Part shown: one piece after another, positions 1-20,179 of the stretch
Layout of the letters: each line of letters begins with the position of its first letter
Numbering within the stretch: position 1 is the first letter of the stretch
From: Balanoglossus misakiensis
Lineage: Eukaryota; Animalia; Hemichordata
Length of the DNA: 64,000 bases
Direction of reading: 5' to 3'
Assembly: GCA_040954595.2 (NCBI GenBank)
Contig: CM082580.2
Location: 6,145,519 to 6,209,518 of the forward strand
The notes under the pieces: model-generated
What the model saw: only the letters and a program-made list of their open reading frames with translations
Told to the model about the DNA's origin: nothing
Databases searched by the model: none
Position numbers and translations under genes: made by a program

Positions 1-55
1 AATTTCCCCCAAAATGGCAAAATAATCATCATTGTAAAAGAAATCGTCCTCTTAC

Positions 56-1003
56 CGATTGGATCGATCCAGATGGCCAGAGAACTGGCATCCAGATCCA
101 GCGCCAATTTGCTGACTTTCTCGTCGTTCACGTCGGCCAGTTCTTGGTGGATGACTCGAGCCAGGATGTTGGCGGCGGCGGTGTTGCCGTCCAACACTTT
201 GCCGAGTAGCCGCGATGTGTCCTCCTCCGCGCCCTGCACGGCCACTGTGATGGATTCGCCCAGGGTGTTGGTGAATAGGTTGCTCTCCTCGCCGAAGATG
301 TGATCCCTCATCTCTGCAAACTGGACACACATCACAGAAAATTTCATCGGATACCAGTGTGGTCGAAATTATGCAAAGCTTTTTGTGCCACCAATATTTC
401 AGTTCACAAAACAACAGAAATAGGCTTTATATCAAAAAAAAAATTGAAATAACCAAAAGAATGTCAAAGATTGAGCAGCTTTGTCCCTTTATGTTAAAAT
501 TGCAGCAAATATGGCTAGACTGAACCCAGCATAAACTGCATGGATATGACATAAATGAAATATTTTGCTCATGTATGTATTTCCCGTTATTAAATATGTT
601 TACAACTGTACAGATATTTTCTTTGAAACTTCTGTGTAAAGTGAGTCACGTATGACATGTTCTGGAAAACCGTTCAATCAGTAGATGTTCATTTAAACAA
701 TAAAAGGGAATGTTCAGTCATATCAAAATCAGTTATGGCACAGTTGAACATTTTATCAAAAATGAAAAACACACACACACAATACGACAAAACACCTACT
801 TTTTCTGACACACCATGCTTGATCATTTCCTGGATCAGTACATCAGCCAACGTCTTGAAGTCTTGGACAAATCTGGCATTCTTGGCAGCGCCGGTCTTCT
901 CCTCCACCAGGAGCTCAAACAGAGCATGCTCCGACCGAATCACTCGGGCCAGGTTGGCTGCTTTCTCGGACAACCCAATCAGCAATTGCAGAAATTCAGC
1001 CAT
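56..1003 (-). CDS. INPP1: Inositol polyphosphate 1-phosphatase, 5' portion (coding exons 1003-800 and 320-56; the gene continues beyond the window's left edge)
   Basis: The spliced translation MAEFLQLLIGLSEKAANLARVIR...FVQDFKTLADVLIQEMIK...|FAEMRDHIFGEESNLFTNTLGESI...LAIWIDPI carries the inositol monophosphatase-family motifs DFKTLADVL.QE, GEE and WIDPI(D). Splice sites are canonical GT/AG and in frame. Confidence 0.92.
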
Positions 1004-2254
1004 GATTTGTACTCTTTGAGACACCAGTAATTATGATCAACTCAGTTTCCCCCCTGTGTGACAAGAAAAGACGCAGAGTGAATTAGTAGTGTGAGAAAAT
1101 GAACAAAAAATGTAAAGAATGCTTGTCCAAAACAGACTACTGGCTATGGTCCAAATAATAGTACATGTTTTATACATATCATAATTGATATAAATAAAAA
1201 TGTACAGAGATAAAAAAAATGCAGTGATGAAAAATTAATACATACAGGCAAAACAGGTCTTCACACAACTGACTGAATGTTCCTCTTTCAGTGTCATCAA
1301 CATAACTGACACATACCTTGTGACAGACGATCGATTAACGAATAATAGATTGAGAACAGAAAAAGACCAATGAAATGAAGAAAAAATTAACGCAATGTCA
1401 GATTATTTGGAAGCATTCAGACCCTTTGTGATGAGTGCTTTGAACTCTTCTAATACTCAGCACCGATAATAGTTTTAATCAGTAGATTTATGTTTTATTC
1501 TGTGCGTAATCTGGGGATAAAGGTCACGGGTGACATAAGAGTTGTCAATTATTTCAAACAAGCAATCATTTTTGTATACCATTGCCATAGTAACATTACA
1601 TCTCATTAATATATTCTCATTAAACCTTTATGATTTGACTATTCTCTTCATTTAATCCGATCAACACATTTTTAACTATTCTAATTCTGCAGAAAATGGA
1701 ATTTATATTACTTGAATCTCATTCTGTAGTGATGTATTATGAATCTGAATAATTTTTTTCTTCACCTACCAAAGGGAAAAAAAGGATTGGTCGATTATAA
1801 AACTGTCAAAGTAGCCTATTCATTTGTTGCGGGTCCGTAGCACTACCACCGTACTGAGGTACATGTTTACGTTATGGAGGGAGTGGTCCCTGGGCTATCT
1901 ACAGACCCACAGAAACCATTGTTTTTTTGACAGAAACCCATCCTCATTCACCAGTCCAATACAGTGGTGTAAACTTTGGGTCCTGTCCTACGTATGTTAT
2001 TGAGTAATAAATTAACCGACTGATGATTAACTTGAGTGACTGTCTGATTGATATAAATGATAGATTGGAGCGCTTGTTGACCGATAACATGATTGACAGT
2101 GAATGAGTGATCGCCGGCCGGTGGCCCAACAACAATAAACAACATGAACACAGTCACTCTCGTCCTCGTCGTAGGATTGCGAGTGAATATATACCATAAT
2201 GCCGAGTTACGTCTTCTTGCAACCGTTTGCCATACATCATAAAGAAAAATATAT

Positions 2255-2533
2255 TTACCTTCAAACGTACGCTGGCGTGAATATATTGTCCCCACCCCAC
2301 CACCACCGTGACTGCCAGCTGATCCCTTTACCACACACGTACACGCCCACTGCCCCACCTTTGTGTTAAACGTCATCAGAATATGCGTTGTACTTGACCC
2401 GGAAGTAGATAATTCGGGGCAGTGCACATACGGTGAGATTTGCTTTTGTACTTGTGTGGCTTCGCTTCTGACGATAACAAAATCGAGTTGTGTTATGCCG
2501 AACGGGCACAAAAAAGCCTCCACATAAAATAGA
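2255..2533. promoter_or_regulatory. Probable bidirectional promoter between INPP1 and MPLKIP
   Basis: The genes are head-to-head and the stretch is relatively CpG-rich. There is an ETS/GABP-type CCGGAAGT at 2399-2406 and a candidate minus-strand donor (AAG|GTAAAT) near 2258 for a non-coding first INPP1 exon. Confidence 0.5.
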
Positions 2534-3725
2534 ATGTATTCTAATAATTCTAACCAACCGGACAGATTTAATCGCCCCGGTCAACCGCCGTTGCTGCCAG
2601 GCCCAAGGTTCGGTAGCCCAACGTGGCGTCCGCAAAACAGGTAATTCAATTTCAGACCAAATGTGTACGACTTGCTTGGTCGGTTCTCTGTTGGTCATCT
2701 GAATGGGCCCATCAGAAAACTTTGCAAAAATTGTTTGTGGTGGGAGTTATATAAAAACAAAACGTTGGAGTCTGCATGACACTGACTGAATCACGTCATT
2801 ATTGTTGACATAATTTCAGATGTTCATTTCATTGCAATTTACATTCAACCATGGAGGTACTAGAGAGATTCAACCAACCATGTGTCGATAAACCTTTTAC
2901 TGTAAAACAAAATACATGAAAAAGAAGCAATGAATGGTGATGGTTCAACCATAGATAGTACTATCTATGGTTGAACATATCACGCGCAAATTTATTTTGA
3001 CATTTTTATAGTGAAGTTTTACAGTAATTTATGACCATTATAAGATGCAAATTATAGAAGAAACGTACGTGTAAGTAACAGATAAATGTATGCCAAACTT
3101 CAAAAACCTTTCCATCCCAACATATTGTACATTACGCAACTGCCATTTTTGCACAATATCACCATCTACTGTAATTTTTTTCTTTCTTTGACAGTCCCTT
3201 CCGTCCACACACACCGGGTAGATACAGTCCGCAACAACGAGGCTTTCATCACCAGCCACAGTTCGACCAGCGACCGCAGTCTGGGGGACCGCCCAGTCGC
3301 TTTCTACGTTTCGATTCCCCGCATTTCAGAGGCCATCATCATCACCACGGCGGTGGACACAGGGGGCGCCATTCACACAGGGTAGGGCAAGCCATGATTC
3401 TACACAGAGCGGAGACACGATGGAATTATTCAGTATTTTTATGCACGTAACTTCGCATGATGGTTTGAAAGACACCAATAGTTGTAAACCAGTTGGGTAT
3501 ACTCTTTCACTCAGCAACTGATACGTGTATTATGATACGTAATGTGGAGAGAAAAAAACATGCAAAATAATAACTTTCTTGTAGGGTAAACACCACCACC
3601 ACCATCATCACCATCACCACCAGCAACACAAAGGTGGCAACGTCGGCACACAATACTACAAAGAGTCAATGGTGAAGGACCCGTGGGCGGGGATGACTCC
3701 AATAAGCGTCGACAGTCAGAGGTAG
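2534..3725 (+). CDS. MPLKIP: M-phase-specific PLK1-interacting protein (TTDN1) ortholog, 144 aa; exons 2534-2640, 3195-3381, 3585-3725
   Basis: Three exons join in frame (435 nt): MYSNNSNQPDRFNRPGQPP...PFRPHTPGRYSPQQRGF...GK(H)10QQHKGGNVGTQYYKESMVKDPWAGMTPISVDSQR*. The C-terminal YYKESMVKDPWAGMTPISV matches the MPLKIP signature (YFKPSMLEDPWAGLEPVSV), and the N-terminus is P/G/R-rich. Confidence 0.88.
2943..2976. repeat. Perfect 34-bp palindrome in MPLKIP intron 1
   Basis: gttcaaccatagatagt|actatctatggttgaac. Confidence 0.85.
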
Positions 3726-6700
3726 CACCGGTGGAGTTGCACCACCCACAGCCAGCGTCTGGCCCGTGTCTCTGGAGGTGCTAGTATAGTCCTCATGTAG
3801 TCTGTACTGATTGGAGAAGAAGAGATCCTCACAAAAAATGACAGGACACAACTAGACATTAACACATACAAGGCTTACCAGGACCGCCAGCTGTGTGACC
3901 AACCTACCAGTCCATGTAACGCTTGAGTGTATGGAGTGTGGGTTTTGCAGTCTTCTCAGGTAAATCATAAACTCGCATCAGGAGACGTTTTTTCAAGGTG
4001 TCCACCACCAGTATGCACGGCTGTAAAATATGGCAAAATACTCAGGTGATCAAACAGGTATAAATGATCTACAAAATACGAAGTTCACATGTACAATGTA
4101 TCAACAACTGCTGCTGCAACCAGCCCTGTCCTGACATATTTTGAGAACATACCTAGTTTTAAGACCAACTGTTTTTAATTCTAATAATTACATTCCATAA
4201 ATTTGTAATCTCAGATGAGGTGTTTTGTAAACCAGGATTTTTCAGGGCATAATTTCTAGACCGAAAACAGTCATACACTCCTCAGTCAATTTGTTATCAT
4301 TTATGCTCTAAAAGTTAAGTTTTAGCTTGTTATGGATAGTTCAGCTTCTCAAAAAAAAAAATGACAGTACAAAGAACACAGTTCATGTTTTTAGTTTGTT
4401 GGCATGGAGCATGGTTGCAGCTTCATTATATAGAATTGGGAATCCGTTTCTTCAGTAAGTTGGGTAGAATTATTTTGTTATCAGTCAAGTGACTTTTATG
4501 CTACAGTGCTTGCTTGAATAGGATTTACTGCGCGTTTGTAAATTTCTCCAGCAGTCTCACTTTCCATGATTTTTTATGGCCACGTCACTCGCACTATTAT
4601 AATGGCATGATTTGAGCTAGACACCGTGCAGGATAGCTTCATTCATTTGATGTCATCTTGTTTTGAAAGTACCACAAATGAAATCCTGACACTTTTTATT
4701 TTAATTCAATATAATTTGTAATAACGGTTATTGAGAACATGCTGTCAACAAAGTTGACCTTTGAACTTATAGTTCAATATGCCACTGCATGTGGAACTGT
4801 CACATACCATAAGTTCTGTCTAGTACCACGTTTCAAAACGCTCATTTCAAACAGCTTGTTTTCATTGAACAACAATTACAAACAAAACGTTGAGTATGCT
4901 ACACAGTTGACGCTTGTATCAAGTGATAAGTTTGCTAATTGAAGATGCGAGATTTACTTGTATATCTAGAATTGTATTATATTATGGTACATTACTAGTA
5001 TTGCAACTCTATGAGACAATTTTAACTGCCAATAGGACTTCAGGACGGTTGCTATTTTTTCTCTATTATCAGAACGGATATAAAAAGACGTATTTTAATC
5101 TGTTACAATGTGTAATACTTACTTGATTTGGTAGAATTTTAATCATTTCAGTCATTTTAATAATTTGCTGTCATTTTTTTTTAAAACTCTGACAAATGAA
5201 ATGACGGTCTCGATTAAATGAGACTTTTTAAAGTGTGGTGATTAAATGATGTGAATGTCGTATTACATGTAGGTATTCATTTTGGTGTAATTTTATTTCT
5301 AGACTTGACAGCAACATTTCACATTTACTAACAATACAAGATTTGTAACTTCCTTTCAATAAACTTTTTACTTAAGCTTTTGAGTTAATTTTCTTTTCAG
5401 TTGATGTGGTTAAAGTGTCTCATCTAGTGAAGGTAAATTCAAGTCTTGAAGTGTATGCATGGATAGAAGTTTTTGGAAGCTGGTATACAACATTTCTAAG
5501 AGTGGCAGTTGCTTTGTTGTCCTCTATGAATATTTGCAAGGGTCATTCAGGCAGTGCAATGTATGCATCTCATATAAACCGTCGTGCTGGTGTCTGTCTT
5601 GAAGTACAGCTCATATATAGTGCCTTTTTAATGCCTTACATGTATTTGAACCAGTATTTGCATTTTGTAAAATTTGTGTCCAGAGCAATAAGAGATAAAA
5701 TGTCATCATTTGTAGGGATTAGGAAACTAGGGTGGATGTACATTAAGGCATCCGGCTCTCTAATTCTGAGAACTACTTGTTGTTTCAAGGAGCTTCCCAA
5801 TTTATCTAAATGAGTAAAACCTGCAGATTAGGAAGGTAAAGTTTAACCGAAGCTTATGCTCTAATGGTAAATCATATTTAGGCTCATGTAGCATTGCCTG
5901 GACGTTAGAAACTAAGGTAAGTAGGACAAGTTGTGTCTGGGAGAGTAGGATTTTTGCAAGACAGATTTACCACTGTAAGTATCACTGCAACTAGATTACC
6001 ATAATGCCGTCTGCCCAGTAGAGGGGACTTAGCTTAATCCAGTATTATTCTGAGGTCGCATGTGGTTTTGACGTGAAGGCCAGTTATGCTGTGCCTGCGA
6101 GGCAGATTTGTCTTCAAAAGCAGTCTAAGCATACAGGGAGTAATCCAGCTAAGATTCTGCTGTGGTTGCCATGGTTAGGTTTTTTTAGCCCATGCTTTAA
6201 ACTAAGAGTTTTGCCATCTCTGGGAGAGATTGTAGAAAGTCATCGAGTTTGCTTGTCACTGGGATTATACTTGTGGCAGCTCTTGTATCTCTCGATGTCA
6301 GGAAATCGATGCTGGAATTTACTTTTGTTTTATACGTGTAAGAAGCCAAGATTCGGAACTGTATTCCTAGAGAATTTCCTGCACAATTCTCTCTTCTTTC
6401 TAGTGGACACGTTTATGCACTGAATGAAGTATAAGTTCCTGATTAAATGCCAAAACTTGTTCACACAAACTTTAATATTAGTATTAATGCACACATTTTA
6501 ATTTCTGCTAAGTCCACAGGAAGTTTTTACAAAGGGGAATCCTTTAAAGCTGTAAAAATCAATTAAATGCAAGGTATCGATGTGTAGTTGCACTTGTCAG
6601 AATGATTGTATTACTGCAGGAGTTATCAGGTAAAATGCATTTTCACTTTGTAGCATTAATTTCAAAATATTCCTGGTATCCTTATCATTTTTGATAACTA

Positions 6701-8617
6701 ATACAGTGTCCGTTCCATTATGATTGCAACACCCCTCTGGGGTACTCTCATTTTTTGTACTGGGGTGTCATAAAATTATAAGGGGGGGGGGGGGGGGGGA
6801 CATAAATTTACTTTTGATGCACCAATTAATTTCACAACTTCTAGTGCTGGTACACATGTTCCCTCTAAGATTTAGGATGAGTTAATCGGTATATTAAAAT
6901 TATTAACTTTTTGACTGGTGACATCCACTTGAGCCCACATGTATGCTGTAGCTAGTTGTTATTTTTCCACAGTGTATGCAGTGTTCAAGTAAAATGCATG
7001 TCATTTGGACAGATCTTTTCATGTATATGTAAACTACAAAGATTTTTTCCTATATTTATAAATTTATTTTTCAGAGTGTATAGCCCTTCAAAGCTTTGAC
7101 TCATGTGTACAAGGTTTGAAATTTCCTGTGGGAACGCATATTTAACCGGCTTTTGACTTTCAAGAGCAAGGTACAATTTTCAGTTCACCAAAGAAGCTTT
7201 ACATTTTTTCTAAGTCCCAGAATTCAGCCGACTTGTTGAAATTTTTTTTAACACTTGGCCATTGTTTGACTGTGATGTCACCGATCTTCATCAACATTTT
7301 TGGGAATTACATAAAAATTATCTTGGTTATCACTCGAAAAGCATTTTATGCACCCAATTCATGTACTGCATCACTTTTGTGAACCAAAGCTTTTAACTAT
7401 TCAACATTTGGCCTCATGAGGGCGCCCTTTCTACCAAAGTCGCATGGAAAAGTTAAGTCAGAATGCTCCCCCAACATTACTCTCCGAAGTGGCTCTCAAC
7501 ATTTCACATTTAATGAAACCTAGTCATGGACACGACCACTCCCATTATATTAATACTATGCATCAATCATTGTTTTCACATTAGTTCATTTGACAGTTTC
7601 CACAGGTATCTTTGTACCACCAGTAATTGTATACTAGTATTCAAAATGGGTGTTACGGTTAAAAACTTTGCCTCCATCCCTTATCAGAATGGGGAAACTG
7701 AAAATTTGGGAGTAAAACTGAGAGGACGATCTGAAACCTGCAGGATACCTAGCATGGCGTCGAGGCGGGTATTTGGTTAGTGTGTGATGCGATAATATAA
7801 CACTGCATTTAACGTAATTCCACTTACCGTGTTTCAAAGCACAGATAATTCAGCATCAGCACCTCTCGCAGCCAGCTGCACAAGTGAAGAAGTAATTCCA
7901 AGCAATCCCGGGAACCAGAAACACAGCCATTTTTTAATCAGCAGCTTAACCAACTTCCTCGGCTAATTTGGGGGTAACTATTTTTATTTTCCTTCTCCAA
8001 CAGGCGAATCACTCGTTCTTCCAGCGCACAATTTTTAAGGCAGGCAAAGAGTGTGGAATTGCCCCCGGCACAAGATTTGGCTGAGAAATCAGTCGTGTTG
8101 GGATGTTTGTGTCTGCTTTTCCATCCTCACCTGATGTAGTGGTGCACAGTCGGGTTATTTTCATGTCAGTTTACAAAACACACAGCTGGCTGGGGAAGAA
8201 AAAATTGGCACCCTCACAACAACAACAATACATGCGGAAAGTCTTTGACAAAACACAGGTGATTTCAGATTATACAACTGGTATGCGTTTTACTTTTAAA
8301 AGAAGCAACAGTAACAATCAAATCAGCACAAGCCATAGTCAGTAAGGAAAAGGAAAAGAAATAACATGAGCATTTCGTTTGTTTGCCAATCACAAAAAAA
8401 AAGTTTCCCATTCAGGTAGAAAAAAAAGTACAATAGCTCGCCACTTTTAAGTTTTACAAAACAAGTTGGTAAATGCTGAAAAAGACAATGACATGATTGT
8501 GGAAATTGACAGATCTCAAAAAGAAAAGATAGTAACATAGTTAACATCGAGATTAAATCAGAGTATAACATACACAATACTCAAGTCCACAAAGTGGTAC
8601 GTATTTCATGCGAGTTA

Positions 8618-8950
8618 GCATCTTTTGGCTTCTCTGTACTTTGATGATGTGGAGGATGGGTGAAAATTTCACAACACATGTCCGAATGTAAAGGAAACAA
8701 GAGAGCAAGACTTTTGTGAGAAATATCAATTAATGCTTTGTATTGTCTGGCTTGTTGGAATGTTGATGCGAAACCAATCCACAGTGATGAAGAGTGGTGT
8801 AATAATTTAAAGCTAAATATCAACACAGATCAGATGTGTCAAAGTTTTATCTACCTACCAAGTGTCATGGATGCTCAAAGTTTTGCTGAAAATACGAGTA
8901 TAGCGTAGACCTCGTTTGAGATGTCAAAGTACAGAGAAGGCAAAAGATGC
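8618..8950. mobile_element. Old MITE-like element with 27-bp inverted repeats
   Basis: gcatcttttggcttctctgtactttga (8618-8644) versus tcaaagtacagagaaggcaaaagatgc (8924-8950), one mismatch. True termini are uncertain. Confidence 0.55.
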
Positions 8951-9011
8951 ACACTCCTGACAAATTATCAATTTATGTTCAACTTCCCGTTACAGTTTCA
9001 GCATTTGTAAT

Positions 9012-9104
9012 TTACCCCTTTCACCGCGATGGTTTGGTCCAAATCCATTGTTTTCTATGGTAAAGTTGGACCACTATACAGGAAAACTGGGTTGAAAGGG
9101 TTAT
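9012..9104. mobile_element. Short TTAA/CCCT-ended (piggyBac-like) MITE, degenerate copy
   Basis: ttacccctttcacc...ggttgaaagggttat. The internal sequence resembles the copies at 22256 and 34785. Confidence 0.6.
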
Positions 9105-10416
9105 TTGCGTGTTGTGATAACTTATAAAAGACTACATATAAACTGAAGGCTATTACACAAAGTTATCTTTCTACAATTTAGCGTCATTTTTGAAGTCTGA
9201 TTATTTTTGGCAGTTACAAAGAAAAGAAACTCGTGCCTGTATTCCCCACTGACGACAAAATGTACATGCCGTTACTATTTGTAACCAAAATGCACATTTT
9301 TCAGCTCTTGATATTATAATTTGTTTTCCAATATGGAAATTTCCTGTATTCCGGTTTTTTGGCTTTTTTCCCCCTCAAAAAAAAAAAAAGACATCATCAG
9401 TTCTTGCCGCGTATTAGCACACTATCGGTAGTGATCATTTTCCAAGCTTTCCAAATTCTCTGCAGCAAACTACCTACACGCTTCGGAAATGTTTTATTCG
9501 AGACTCGTGCACGACCAGACCCGGCGGGGTGCACTAAAAAAAGGTTACTGTACAAACGTTCAACTAGGGTGCACGTACAGAACATAAACACTTCACCACA
9601 ATACGATGGTACTGTGTTCAAATCACCACAGTGCCAGAACATTCCACCCCACCTGTGACTTTATAACCGGAACTACGAGAGATCCATTGGCTGCTGGCCA
9701 GGGACTTTTCTGAAGATAAATGTAAAAATCTACAGTTGCAAAATTAAAGGAAAGTGCAAAATCTAGTACAGTATATTGAGCAAATTACAACTGGGATACG
9801 TCAAGCTCCATGCACATTTTTTTCTCTCTGCAGTCTTATTTGAAGAGAACACAATATTTCAGAGACATTAATGTCAATTTTTCCAACCTCATATTCCGTG
9901 TTTTCTGCAATTATTTTAGCGTCATCAATCTTGGAGAAAATGTGACGCGATAAATTTAAGCATGGCCTCAAACATCACAGAATATGCCCTATTCTGACAT
10001 CACACTGTTTTCTATAAAACTTTCGCGAAACTAAAATATATTCTGCAATTCGCCGTCAAAAACACTGTGAATGCCCATTCAAAATTTGAAATCAAAGGAG
10101 AAACTTGAATCCGCAACAATATATACATGAAATCTGCCATTTTCTTTTTTATAAGTATGCCTTTTCATTTGTTGCTGAAGGGACACCAACGGAATAATTT
10201 TAGTCGGTATTCGCTTTTTTCAAATCAATTTCTGATGTATCCCAATTATACGATGAAATACACCACTTTAAAAAATTCACAAAAACTCAAGCAGTGGAAA
10301 AATTCACAATTGTTCGACACACTGCAAGACAAAAAGTGTACAGTTGACATCAGTGACTTGGTCCTCTGGCAGGCATTTTCGAAAGTTTTTTTTTGAGCTG
10401 AATTTTGATCTGCGTT

Positions 10417-18656
<8,240 letters not shown>

Positions 18657-18899
18657 TTTTGCTCTACTTGAACGGAAACCAATTTTTTTCACTGTAACAA
18701 ATGCAATCAATATTCAACAGCGTGTAAATCAACCAAAAATCATCGTTACTCACGGGTCTTGCTCGTTCCTATACCATTACAGAAGCCAGTTCTTGATTCT
18801 TCGCACGCACCTGTTCTGTGCACTAGGCTCCACCACAACTTGCACGGGCACATCCACCGACTTGTCCGGGTAACAGGAACACAGGCCACTGAGCGAGGC

Positions 18900-20179
18900 C
18901 CCCCTCCGTCCGTGTCCAGATCGCTCCCTAGTACCTAAATATACGTTTTGGGGTCCGTTTGTTATCGTTTCCACGGTAACGCCAAAATAGTGGTACTTTA
19001 GTGATGAGGTTTACTTGATAGATCTCTAAACATAGGCACGTGTTGTACGCCTAAATATCGGGGCACTGAGTGGTGCGTGGTAAGCTCGAGCTCCTCAGCG
19101 CGCCGGTCCCTACGTCATCACGCTCTCCAACTCGACGGCCATTTTTGTCAGTGAATCTAGCTAACGAGAGACCTTTGTCAGGAGGTTTTGGAGTTTCTGC
19201 TGCAGGTTACCTCATAACAAATTCAATAACAGCAAAATATACTTTTATATCACATAGATGGTAAACAATTTTTGTCTTGATTTTCAATTAACACGCTGAT
19301 GGTCGCGGATAGAAATCTAAGTACCGGATGACAATTCCGTGTCGAACCGTACCCAGAACATATGCTAATGCATTGTGGGATTTTTACGCATAAGTTGATG
19401 ACGTAAAGCACATCCCTGCACCGGAAGATTGTAGAAGATATTGCACGGCAAACGAAGTTGAATGAAAGAACGCTCAATGTGACTTTAAAAAGAATCATGC
19501 AGCCTTCACCAGCGCTAGCTAAAGCTTCTCAAGCTGAATGGGGTGAGCTTTTGCCTTTTCATTACCGTAGCTCAGTCTGCACGGTTTCTGAAACAGCGCG
19601 CATGTGCAATGAAATATTGCTGTGTTTTATTTCGCTGATCTGACCTTCAGCTTGCAATGCATTACACTTGCGCATTTATTACTGGTCGATTGCTTTTATT
19701 GGCGAGGTGCCTTTCCCCAACCAGGCCTGCAACGCCTGATCATCAACTGTAAACTCTTCACTAAGTACGCCCCTCTGAGAAAACGTGAAGGCATGACACC
19801 CGCCAAGGACTGCATACACACAGCCACCAATAAAATATCAGCAACATGACCCCGAAAACAGTGGGATTTCTCCATTTCCGCGTAGGTGTGGGCGCAAAAC
19901 TGAGGGATTGTGCATCACGATCGGACGATGCATGAGTTGAATTGAAATGTACACTGGCAGTAAATGATATTCGGATTCCCAGGTACTGAGGTAAAGGTCA
20001 GACAGCTTAGTTGAAATATTCATAAGGCATGTCATCCGTCAGGAAGTGATGTTGTGTAGCTGTTAGAGACCCAAATTAGTGATTTATATCAGAGATCGGA
20101 CTTGCTTGGAGACGACCGGCTATTTCCATATTCGAACTTTTGCTGTTCTTGTTGAACTGATCCGTCTTCCTAGTCCACG
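18900..20179. promoter_or_regulatory. Divergent promoter region shared by CDK12/13 and WDR24
   Basis: The genes are head-to-head with start codons about 1.5 kb apart. The region has CpG-rich patches, a CRE-like TACGTCA at ~19111 and an ETS-like CAGGAAGT at ~20040. Confidence 0.5.

Noticed and set aside
1948-2523. 191-aa minus-strand ORF
   Set aside because: It runs across the INPP1/MPLKIP promoter and 5' intron with no domain similarity; probably a chance ORF.
5372-6423. ORFs 5406-5813 and 6073-6423 (+) and a stop-interrupted minus-strand frame as a decayed gene or transposon
   Set aside because: No recognisable motif, and the minus frame has several stops. A tBLASTx search would be needed, so it cannot be supported by eye.
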